Origin: Melioribacteraceae bacterium
GTDB taxonomy: Bacteria; Bacteroidota; Ignavibacteria; Ignavibacteriales; Melioribacteraceae
Reading direction: 5' to 3'
NCBI GenBank assembly: GCA_023230485.1
Contig: JALNXG010000007.1
Coordinates: forward strand, 813 to 64,812
Length of the DNA stretch: 64,000 bases
Shown piece by piece: positions 41,120-49,438 of the stretch. Both the position numbers and the translations under genes were made by a program. The notes below the pieces were generated by a model. The model searched no databases. It had not been told where the DNA came from and saw nothing but the letters and a program-made list of their open reading frames with translations. Position 1 is the stretch's first letter. Each line of letters begins with the position of its first letter.

Positions 41120-42601
41120 TTGAATGAAACAAAAGGAAAAATTTTAGTTGTCGATGATGAAAAAGGATTAAGGATTGGAACGCAAAGATTATTAGAAGAT
41201 GAGAATTTTACAGTAGATACTGCGGAAAATGGTGAACAGGGAATTAGTCTTGGTGTTGCTTCCGATTACGACTTAGCAATAATCGACCTTAAAATGCCGG
41301 ATGTAGATGGACTTGAAGTGCTTAAGCAAATCAAGTCCGTACATCCAAACACAATCTGTTTTATAGCTACTGCTTATGCAAGCTATGAAACGGCAATAGA
41401 ATCCACTCGCCTTGGCGCATATGGCTATATACCAAAACCTTTCACTCCCGATGAATTAATTTATCAAGTTGAACAAGGATTTAGACAACGGCAATTAGTT
41501 GTTGAATCTGAACTTCTTAAAAAAGAACGCGATGAAAATCTTATCGAAATTGCTTCAGAAAAATCACGACTAAATACAATAATTAAAGCAATTAGCGATG
41601 GCGTCCTAGTAATTAATAGAATAGGTGAGTTAGTTTATTTTAATACAGCCGCCTTAAAATATTTTGATCTCGATTCACTTTCAATAGGAGATTCTGCTCT
41701 TATACATTTACCCGCTCCTATTGTAGAGATTATTAAAAAGATTTATAGCCCCGATCAAGCACTTCAAAAAACATATAGCATACAATTAGAATTAAAATCC
41801 AATAATGAATTATTTGTTGAATCTACATGCACTCCAATACTTCAAAATGACAAATCGATTGCAGGAGTTGTAGTAGTAATCAAAAATATCACTGAATTTA
41901 AAAAGATCGAGTTAATTAAATCTCAATTCGTTTCTATGGTAGCTCACGAACTAAAAACCCCTATGGCTGCAGTTCAAGGATTCTTGAATATTATCCTAGA
42001 TGATTCTATTAGCATTCCTTATGATACTCAACGCGATTATTTAGTAAGGTCAGTTATTCGCCTAAAAAGTTTGACTGATCTAGTAAATGACCTTTTAGAT
42101 ATCTCAAGAATGGAATTAAAGACAAAGCAGAGAGAAATAACGGAAATTAAGCTCGATGAGATAGTCCAATCAGTTTCACAAATGCTAGAATTAGAACTCA
42201 AGAAAAAAGGTGTTACATTAATTACTCATTATGAAGAACCAATTCCAACTATTAAAGCGGATGCTAATGAAATCAACAGAATATTTACCAATCTCATTAG
42301 CAATGCAATAAAGTATAATAAAGACAAAGGGAAAATTGATATCAGTATTTCCCATTCCGGCAGCTACGCAGTGATACAGATTAGCGATAGCGGAATAGGG
42401 ATGAAAACGGAAGAAAAAAATAGATTATTCCAGGAATTTTACAGAGCAAAAAATGAAAAGACCCGCGGCATCAGCGGTACCGGTCTCGGTCTTTCTATCG
42501 TAAAAAAAATAGTTGAATCTTATTATGGAAAAATAGAAGTCGAATCTGAATATGGTTCGGGTACGACATTTATAATCCATTTTCCAATAAATACTAACTA
42601 A
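41120..42601 (+). CDS. Hybrid sensor kinase: receiver-PAS-HisKA-HATPase_c
   Basis: 493 aa, TTG start. Receiver (VVDDE...IIDLKMPDVDG...PKP), a PAS-like middle region, H-box VAHELKTPMAAV and GTGLGLSIVKK. Confidence 0.85.
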   Translation: MNETKGKILVVDDEKGLRIGTQRLLEDENFTVDTAENGEQGISLGVASDYDLAIIDLKMPDVDGLEVLKQIKSVHPNTICFIATAYASYETAIESTRLGAYGYIPKPFTPDELIYQVEQGFRQRQLVVESELLKKERDENLIEIASEKSRLNTIIKAISDGVLVINRIGELVYFNTAALKYFDLDSLSIGDSALIHLPAPIVEIIKKIYSPDQALQKTYSIQLELKSNNELFVESTCTPILQNDKSIAGVVVVIKNITEFKKIELIKSQFVSMVAHELKTPMAAVQGFLNIILDDSISIPYDTQRDYLVRSVIRLKSLTDLVNDLLDISRMELKTKQREITEIKLDEIVQSVSQMLELELKKKGVTLITHYEEPIPTIKADANEINRIFTNLISNAIKYNKDKGKIDISISHSGSYAVIQISDSGIGMKTEEKNRLFQEFYRAKNEKTRGISGTGLGLSIVKKIVESYYGKIEVESEYGSGTTFIIHFPINTN

Positions 42602-42616
42602 AAAGGGGAAATAACT

Positions 42617-42988
42617 ATGGCTCTTATCGCTATTATCGATGATGATCCGGATATTCTCGATGCAAGCTCTTTGGTACTAAAATCTAAAGGATTTGATGTC
42701 GTTACAGCAACTAACCCGGTCGATGGTTACGACATCGTAACAAAAAGGAATCCAAATCTGATTATACTAGATGTAATGATGGATGAACCTGATGACGGCT
42801 TTTTCTTGGCACAGAAATTCAGGAAAAACGGAATCACTACACCAATTTTAATGTACACTTCAGTATCGAAAGCCATTGGTTTAGAATTTGGCAAAAGTGA
42901 TATGGTACCTGTCGATGATTTTGTCGAAAAACCAATCTCACCTGAAGAATTAGTCAAAAAAGTTGAAAGTTTATTGCAGAAAAAATAG
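42617..42988 (+). CDS. Single-domain response regulator (receiver only)
   Basis: 123 aa with IIDDDPD, ILDVMM, YTS and EKP. No output domain. Paralogous in layout to the regulator at 40708. Confidence 0.85.
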   Translation: MALIAIIDDDPDILDASSLVLKSKGFDVVTATNPVDGYDIVTKRNPNLIILDVMMDEPDDGFFLAQKFRKNGITTPILMYTSVSKAIGLEFGKSDMVPVDDFVEKPISPEELVKKVESLLQKK

Positions 42989-42999
42989 GAGGAAATTAA

Positions 43000-43473
43000 A
43001 TGCTTATTCTCGAAAAAAATGCAATGACTGAAGAAATTGAAAAGCTTGTAGAGAAATACGGACCTGAAAGGTCGTCTTTACTTCCAATTCTTCAAGACAT
43101 TCAACGAGATCACAAATCAATACCCGATTTTGCTCAACAAGAAGTAGCTCGTTTGTTAGATATTCATCCTGTTGAAGTTTTTAGTGTCATTTCATTTTAC
43201 GCATTTCTTAATACCGAAGCTAAAGGTAAATTCATCGTTCGTCTTTGTCGGACAATTACTTGCGATATTAAAGGTAAAGAAAGAATTGCACAAGCAATTG
43301 AACGTGAACTCGGTATTACTTTTGGTGAAACAACGAAAGATAATAAATACACATTAGAATATGCTAACTGCCTTGGAATGTGTGATCAAGGACCGGCTAT
43401 GTTAATTAATGATATCGTTTATGCAAATCTAACACCCGAAAAAGCAGTCAAAATTCTTAAGGGGGTTAAATGA
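43000..43473 (+). CDS. hydC: NuoE-like [2Fe-2S] subunit (set 2)
   Basis: 157 aa with CRTITCD and CLGMCDQGPA. Confidence 0.85.
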   Translation: MLILEKNAMTEEIEKLVEKYGPERSSLLPILQDIQRDHKSIPDFAQQEVARLLDIHPVEVFSVISFYAFLNTEAKGKFIVRLCRTITCDIKGKERIAQAIERELGITFGETTKDNKYTLEYANCLGMCDQGPAMLINDIVYANLTPEKAVKILKGVK

Positions 43474-44672
43474 TTATGGAAAAGACAAAAAGAGAAGGTT
43501 CAGTAATATTCTCTGAATATAAAAGAGGCGAAGGAATAAAAGCCGCTTTGGGTAAAAAGCGTGAAGATATTCTTTTAGAACTTCGTGAATCTAAAATTAA
43601 AGGTAGAGGCGGCGCAGGATTCCCAACTGCTACGAAATGGATGGTTGTAGCGGCTTCTACTGCTGAAATCAAATATGTTATATGTAACGCCGATGAAGGG
43701 GAACCTGGTACATTCAAAGACCGTGTGCTTTTAGTCGATTATCCTGAATTAGTTTTTGACGGTATGGTGATTGCGGGATATACAATCGGTGCTTCAAGGG
43801 GTATCGTTTATCTTCGTGGTGAATATGAATATGTAAGAAAACCATTAGAAGATTATTTAGAATCAATGAGAAAAGATAATTTGCTCGGGAATAACATTCT
43901 CGGTAAAGATGGATTCGATTTTGATATAACTATAAGAATGGGCTCTGGCGCATATATATGCGGCGAAGAAACCGCTTTAATTGAATCATTAGAAGGTAAT
44001 AGAGGAGAAGCTCGTAATAAGCCTCCTTACCCTGTAAATACAGGATTTTTTGGACGACCTACTGTTGTAAATAATGTTGAAACTTTAGCTGCTGTTTCTC
44101 ATATTTTAGTTAAAGGTGGCGATTGGTTTAGACAACATGGTACGGATAAATCTACCGGCTCTAAATTATTTTCTATTTCCGGCGATTGCGAAAAACCGGG
44201 TGTTTATGAATTACCTTGGGGCACTAAACTTTCGGAAATTCTTTTCCTTGTAGGTGCTAAAAATACTAAAGCAATTCAGGTTGGCGGTGCTTCCGGAATA
44301 TGTCTTAATAAAACTCAGTTCGATAGAACTTTAGCTTATGAAGATGCGGCAACAGGCGGCTCGATTATGATTTTTAATGAATCGAGAAATATGATTCACA
44401 TTCTTAAAAATTTCATGGAGTTTTTTGTTGAAGAATCTTGTGGTCAATGTACACCTTGTAGAATCGGTAATGTCAAATTACTCGAGGGTGTGAAAATGAT
44501 TCAATCAGGTGAATATACTTTCGATTATATCGAAAAGTTAATCGATCTTGGTAGAACAATGCAAGTAGCGTCTAAATGCGGTTTAGGTCAATCTTCTCCA
44601 AATCCGTTTATCTCGATTTTAGAAAACTTTAAAGATGAAATATTCAATGGAAACGGAGGATATAATGGATAG
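43470..44672 (+). CDS. hydB: NuoF-like FMN/NAD(P)H-binding subunit (set 2, short form)
   Basis: 400 aa with GRGGAGFPTATKW, CNADEGEPGTF and ESCGQCTPCR. It lacks the N-terminal [2Fe-2S] domain and the C-terminal ferredoxin domains present in set 1. Confidence 0.85.
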   Translation: MIMEKTKREGSVIFSEYKRGEGIKAALGKKREDILLELRESKIKGRGGAGFPTATKWMVVAASTAEIKYVICNADEGEPGTFKDRVLLVDYPELVFDGMVIAGYTIGASRGIVYLRGEYEYVRKPLEDYLESMRKDNLLGNNILGKDGFDFDITIRMGSGAYICGEETALIESLEGNRGEARNKPPYPVNTGFFGRPTVVNNVETLAAVSHILVKGGDWFRQHGTDKSTGSKLFSISGDCEKPGVYELPWGTKLSEILFLVGAKNTKAIQVGGASGICLNKTQFDRTLAYEDAATGGSIMIFNESRNMIHILKNFMEFFVEESCGQCTPCRIGNVKLLEGVKMIQSGEYTFDYIEKLIDLGRTMQVASKCGLGQSSPNPFISILENFKDEIFNGNGGYNG

Positions 44673-46584
44673 TAGAAAAGATTATAGAGCACCATTAAGT
44701 CAACAGCCACTGACAATCGAAAAGCCAACTGACCTTACTGCGATTGGCGGGACTATCACCGTTGAAATTAATGAAAAGAAAGTTGTTGTTCCATTAGGGA
44801 CTACAATTTTAGATGCATGTAAAATGGCAGGAATTAGTATCCCTACTTTATGCCATCATGAAGACCTTTGCATTGCAGGTGTTTGTCGTATATGCGTTGT
44901 TGAAGTCGAAGGAATGAGAACTCTACAAGCTTCTTGTGCCTTTCCAATTACAGCACCAATAAAAATAAAAACTTCTACACCTATGGTACGTAAAGCAAGA
45001 AGACATATTATTGACTTAATGCTAAGTGAACACTATGGCGAATGTTATTCTTGCGTCAGAAATGGTAACTGCGAATTACAGAATTTAGCTAAAGAGTATG
45101 GAGTAGATGGTTATACTTTTGGACATGTTGATAAACCACGCTATGAAATTGATCGCTCTTCTTATGCTGTTATTAGAGATATGAGTAAATGTATCTTATG
45201 TAAAAGATGTGTTAGAACTTGTATCGATCTTCAAGAAGTCGGTGTACTTGAATCAATAGGAAGGGGAGACATGACTCATATTTCCACTTTCTTAGAGAAA
45301 CCACTTTCAGACGTAATCTGTATTAATTGCGGTCAGTGTATTAATAGATGTCCCACTGCCGCTCTTAGAGCAAATGATCCATCTGATGAAATCTGGAGAG
45401 CAATTGACGATCCGAAAAAACACGTAGTAATTCAAACTGCACCATCACCTAGAGCTGCGATATGCGAAGAATTTGGAATGGAAGCAGGTACTTCTTTAAC
45501 TCAAGAGCTTAATACTGCATTAAAAAGAATTGGCTTCGATAAAGTATTTGATACCAATTTTACTGCAGATTTAACAATTATCGAAGAAGGCACTGAATTA
45601 ATAATTCGACTATACAAAGCATTAGTTGGTAAAGATGCTTCCGTTAGTCTTCCACAATTCACCTCATGCTCACCTGGATGGGTAAAATACTTAGAACATT
45701 ATTATCCTGAATATCTCGATAATCTAAGTAGTGCTAAATCACCTCAACAAATGTTCGGTTCACTTATTAAAACTTTTTATGCACAAAAGAATGGCGTTAA
45801 TCCTGAAGATATTGTTTCTGTTGCATTAATGCCTTGCTCAGCTAAAAAGTTTGAATGTAACCGTCCTGAAATGGCTGATTCTGGTTATAAAGACGTTGAC
45901 TATGGTCTTACAACACGCGAAATGGCAAAGATGATTAAGGAAGCAGGTATTAATCTCCCTGAAATGCCGAAATCACATTTCGATGATCCATTTGGTGAAG
46001 CTTCAGGTGCTGGATTAATTTTCGGAGCTACCGGCGGTGTTATGGAAGCTGCTATTAGAACAATAGTTGAGTTTATTACAGGTGCTAAAGCAGAAGATAT
46101 TTTTGCAAATGCAAACGTTGTTGATGTACGTGGATTTGATGGTATAAAATATATGGAAATTCCTCTTGGTGATAAATTTGGTCCTGTACCCGGTTTAATT
46201 GCTCATCTTGTTCCTAATTGGGATTGGCTCAAAGGTGCTACTCTTAAAGTTGCTGTAGCACACGGTACTGCGAATGCCAAAAAAGTAATGGATGATATTA
46301 AGGCAGGCGGTAAGTTTAGCGAGTGCCATTTTATAGAATTTATGGCATGCCCAGGCGGATGTCTTGGAGGTGGTGGTCAACCGATCCCAACAACTCCTGA
46401 AATTCGTATGAAACGCGCTCAAGCTATATATGCCGAAGATGAATCGCTTGAATTAAGAAAATCTCATGAGAATCCTCACATTACTAAGATTTATGAAGAG
46501 TTCTTAACCGAAGGTCCTTGTAGTCATTTATCGCACAAATTATTACATACACACTACGTAAAACGCGGTAAATATATTATTTAA
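44665..46584 (+). CDS. hydA: [FeFe]-hydrogenase catalytic-type subunit (set 2) with a variant L1 motif
   Basis: H-cluster motifs FTSCSPGW (variant), MPCSAKKFE and EFMACPGGCLGGGGQP. Same N-terminal Fe-S domain set as HydA1. I chose the start at 44665 (GGAGGA RBS); the ORF track starts at 44635. Confidence 0.9.
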   Translation: MDSRKDYRAPLSQQPLTIEKPTDLTAIGGTITVEINEKKVVVPLGTTILDACKMAGISIPTLCHHEDLCIAGVCRICVVEVEGMRTLQASCAFPITAPIKIKTSTPMVRKARRHIIDLMLSEHYGECYSCVRNGNCELQNLAKEYGVDGYTFGHVDKPRYEIDRSSYAVIRDMSKCILCKRCVRTCIDLQEVGVLESIGRGDMTHISTFLEKPLSDVICINCGQCINRCPTAALRANDPSDEIWRAIDDPKKHVVIQTAPSPRAAICEEFGMEAGTSLTQELNTALKRIGFDKVFDTNFTADLTIIEEGTELIIRLYKALVGKDASVSLPQFTSCSPGWVKYLEHYYPEYLDNLSSAKSPQQMFGSLIKTFYAQKNGVNPEDIVSVALMPCSAKKFECNRPEMADSGYKDVDYGLTTREMAKMIKEAGINLPEMPKSHFDDPFGEASGAGLIFGATGGVMEAAIRTIVEFITGAKAEDIFANANVVDVRGFDGIKYMEIPLGDKFGPVPGLIAHLVPNWDWLKGATLKVAVAHGTANAKKVMDDIKAGGKFSECHFIEFMACPGGCLGGGGQPIPTTPEIRMKRAQAIYAEDESLELRKSHENPHITKIYEEFLTEGPCSHLSHKLLHTHYVKRGKYII

Positions 46585-46594
46585 TTCATTTAGG

Positions 46595-46630
46595 GTCTTA
46601 GCAGTCAATTGGCTGCTAAGATTTATTTTA
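46595..46630 (+). terminator. Rho-independent terminator after hydA2
   Basis: Stem (T)CTTAGCAG at 46596-46604, loop TCAATTGG, CTGCTAAG(A) at 46613-46621, followed by TTTATTTTA. Confidence 0.7.
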
Positions 46631-47994
46631 TGCTGCTAATACCTAAATATGTTCAAATATATGAAGAGTATTTCAAGACGATTAAGCGTTATAACGCTTG
46701 GTTTGTTGAATTACGTTTCGCTGCTATTTTAGCTCTTATAGCCCTTCTTATTCTATTAAATATTTTACCTGATGTTCTTTTATCATTTTTTCAGAACATT
46801 TCGGTAATCATTATAATTATTTTTATTACTTCTTATAATTACTATTTCCAAAAACTCATAAGATTAAAAAAGAAAGATGAACAAGTAATTCTTTCACTCT
46901 ATCAGATTATTGTTGATCTATTTTCATTAAGTATTCTTATTTATGTGTTAGGGGGAATTGAAGCTCCTATTTTTCTTTTTTATATTTTTCACATGATCAT
47001 CGGAAGTTTAATACTTCCTGCTGGTATGATGTACGTTTTAGCAGCTATTTGCCTATTGATCTTTGTTACCTTTAGTTCTCTTGAATTAATGGGAACAATC
47101 CCACATCAAAATATTATTGGACTATTTAATTTTGAGTTTTATAATAATCTAAATTATCTTCTTGTATTTCTAAGTATATTCGCATCGCTAGTATTCATCT
47201 CAATATTTATCACCTCGAAGATTGTAAAAGATTTATATGAAAGAGAACAGCAATTAAAGCGGGCATTAGATGATCTACATCAAGCAGAAAAATCTAAACA
47301 AAAATATGTAGCAGCAGTAGTTCACGAATTAAAATCACCAATCTCAGCAGCAAGTTCAATCTTAGATTTAATACTCGGTGATTATCTAGGTGAAGTTAGT
47401 CAATTAGTTAAAGATAAAATATCACGTGCCAAAGAAAGAATAAACGAATCAATTCAAATGATAAATAATATGGTCCGTTTCTCTCGGTTTAGGCTATTGA
47501 ATAAAATTGAAATCGAACATGTTAATCTATCTGAAATGATAAGAAAATATATCCTTTCAATTAATCCATTAGCTGAGAAGAAAAATATAACGATTAATTT
47601 TAATCAGAAACAGAAGGATGATGTACATTTAAATTGCGATAGAAATCTTTTTGAATTAGTTTTTTCAAATCTGTTTAATAACGGAATCAAGTATAATAAT
47701 CCGAATGGGGAATTGCTGATTGAACTTTCAACTAAAGATGATTTATTGACAATAGAAATCTCCGATACAGGCATAGGTATTCCGAAATCTGATAAAGAAA
47801 AAATCTTCGAAGAATATTATCGCGCTTCTAACGTAATGCAAGTTGAGGGAACGGGAACCGGTTTGAACATAGTTAAAAGTATCATCGAGAATCATGATGG
47901 ATCAATAATATTTTATTCTCCATCTAAAATTAGTTCTGCAATTGGGGTTGGTACAACTTTCATTATCGAATTAAAACAAAACATTTTACTTTAA
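46630..47994 (+). CDS. Polytopic membrane histidine kinase (paralog 1)
   Basis: About six N-terminal TM segments, H-box VVHELKSPISAA, and HATPase_c (DTGIGIP, GTGTGLNIV). The start is set at MLLIPKY by analogy with the paralog. The TTG at 46609 on the track lies inside the terminator hairpin. Confidence 0.85.
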   Translation: MLLIPKYVQIYEEYFKTIKRYNAWFVELRFAAILALIALLILLNILPDVLLSFFQNISVIIIIIFITSYNYYFQKLIRLKKKDEQVILSLYQIIVDLFSLSILIYVLGGIEAPIFLFYIFHMIIGSLILPAGMMYVLAAICLLIFVTFSSLELMGTIPHQNIIGLFNFEFYNNLNYLLVFLSIFASLVFISIFITSKIVKDLYEREQQLKRALDDLHQAEKSKQKYVAAVVHELKSPISAASSILDLILGDYLGEVSQLVKDKISRAKERINESIQMINNMVRFSRFRLLNKIEIEHVNLSEMIRKYILSINPLAEKKNITINFNQKQKDDVHLNCDRNLFELVFSNLFNNGIKYNNPNGELLIELSTKDDLLTIEISDTGIGIPKSDKEKIFEEYYRASNVMQVEGTGTGLNIVKSIIENHDGSIIFYSPSKISSAIGVGTTFIIELKQNILL

Positions 47995-48046
47995 TTAAAT
48001 CTCTTTCTATATTTAAATAAGATTACCACAATAATCGGAATACGTT

Positions 48047-49438
48047 ATGCTTATAATTATTCCTAAGTGGGCAACAAATTACAATGAATTTTGGAAGTCT
48101 GTTATTCAGCGTAATTTTTGGTTTATAAAGTTGCGATATGCGGCTGTAGTAATTCTTTTACTATTTTTATTGGCTGGTCAATTTATACTCGGTTTTAAGT
48201 TCTCATCTGCACAAACTTATGCAATCTCTTTTACCGCAATTTCAATTCTATTATATAATATTGCTCTCCATTCAATTAAAAATAATGTAACTTGTAATCC
48301 TGAAGGTTTTAATTGCCTTCATCTATCTCTCATACAAATGATTTTAGATTTGACTGCCTTGATGGTATTAGTTTACTATACCGGTATTATTGATTCACCT
48401 CTCTATATGTTTTTTATATTCCACATGGTAATTGGAAGTATGATTCTTCCTGGATATATAATGTATTTATCCGCCTCTGTTGTTGTAATAGTATTCTCAA
48501 TTCTCGTTTTTATGCAGAATTTTGGAATGATAGATAATAATATTATAGTAGGATTATATGCTTACCCTCGTCCCCATAAATTAATATTCGGGCTAATTTT
48601 CATTACTATATTCGCCATGATGCTTTTTATAAGTATAATGCTCGCTAATACGATAGCAAACAAACTATATATGCGAGAGCAAGAATTACAAGATTCAGTT
48701 GATAGATTAGGTGAAGCAGAAAAATCAAAACAGAAATATGTACTTGGTTTAGTGCATGAAATTAAATCTCCACTTACAGCAATTCGTTCAATATTGGACC
48801 TTGTACTCAATCAATATTTAGGTAAAGTAGAAAATGATGTTATGGATAAATTAGAACGTGCCCGAATTAGGACGAATGAAGCTATTAATTTAATAAACAA
48901 TGTAATTAGAATGGCAAAACTCAGATTATTGGATATAAAACAGATTGAAGTTTTTGATGTACTTGATACAATTGAACAAGTATTGAAATCCACTAAAGAA
49001 CTTTGCGATTCGAAGGATGTTAAAATTGAATTAATAGATAATAGAAACGACAAACCATTTATTGATTTTGATAAGCTTTTATTTCACCTTGCAATATCCA
49101 ATCTCATTTGTAACGCAATTAAGTATAATCAGATGCAAGGGATAATCAAAATATATTTAAAGAATATTGAAAATGGTTTACAAATAAAAGTAATTGACAA
49201 TGGGATAGGTATCGAACAACAAGATATTGAAAGAATTTATAAAGAATATATTAGAGCAAAAGATTTTAATAATAAAACTGAAAGTAGTGGTCTGGGACTT
49301 ACCTTGGTAAATGAAATAATGAAACAGCATCATGGTTCTATGGAAATTATTAGTCCATCTGAAATAGGAGAACCTGAACATCCAGGTACTGAAGTAAGGC
49401 TAATAATACCAATAATTAATGGAGTTCATGATGATTAA
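48047..49438 (+). CDS. Polytopic membrane histidine kinase (paralog 2)
   Basis: 463 aa with the same layout as 46630-47994. H-box LVHEIKSPLTAI, DNGIGIE and SSGLGLTLV. Confidence 0.85.
   Translation: MLIIIPKWATNYNEFWKSVIQRNFWFIKLRYAAVVILLLFLLAGQFILGFKFSSAQTYAISFTAISILLYNIALHSIKNNVTCNPEGFNCLHLSLIQMILDLTALMVLVYYTGIIDSPLYMFFIFHMVIGSMILPGYIMYLSASVVVIVFSILVFMQNFGMIDNNIIVGLYAYPRPHKLIFGLIFITIFAMMLFISIMLANTIANKLYMREQELQDSVDRLGEAEKSKQKYVLGLVHEIKSPLTAIRSILDLVLNQYLGKVENDVMDKLERARIRTNEAINLINNVIRMAKLRLLDIKQIEVFDVLDTIEQVLKSTKELCDSKDVKIELIDNRNDKPFIDFDKLLFHLAISNLICNAIKYNQMQGIIKIYLKNIENGLQIKVIDNGIGIEQQDIERIYKEYIRAKDFNNKTESSGLGLTLVNEIMKQHHGSMEIISPSEIGEPEHPGTEVRLIIPIINGVHDD

Noticed and set aside
46609-46629. 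TTG start on the ORF track for the first polytopic kinase
   Set aside because: These codons lie inside the hydA2 terminator hairpin (46596-46621). The paralog at 48047 begins MLIIIPKW, which aligns with MLLIPKY at 46630, so I used the downstream ATG.
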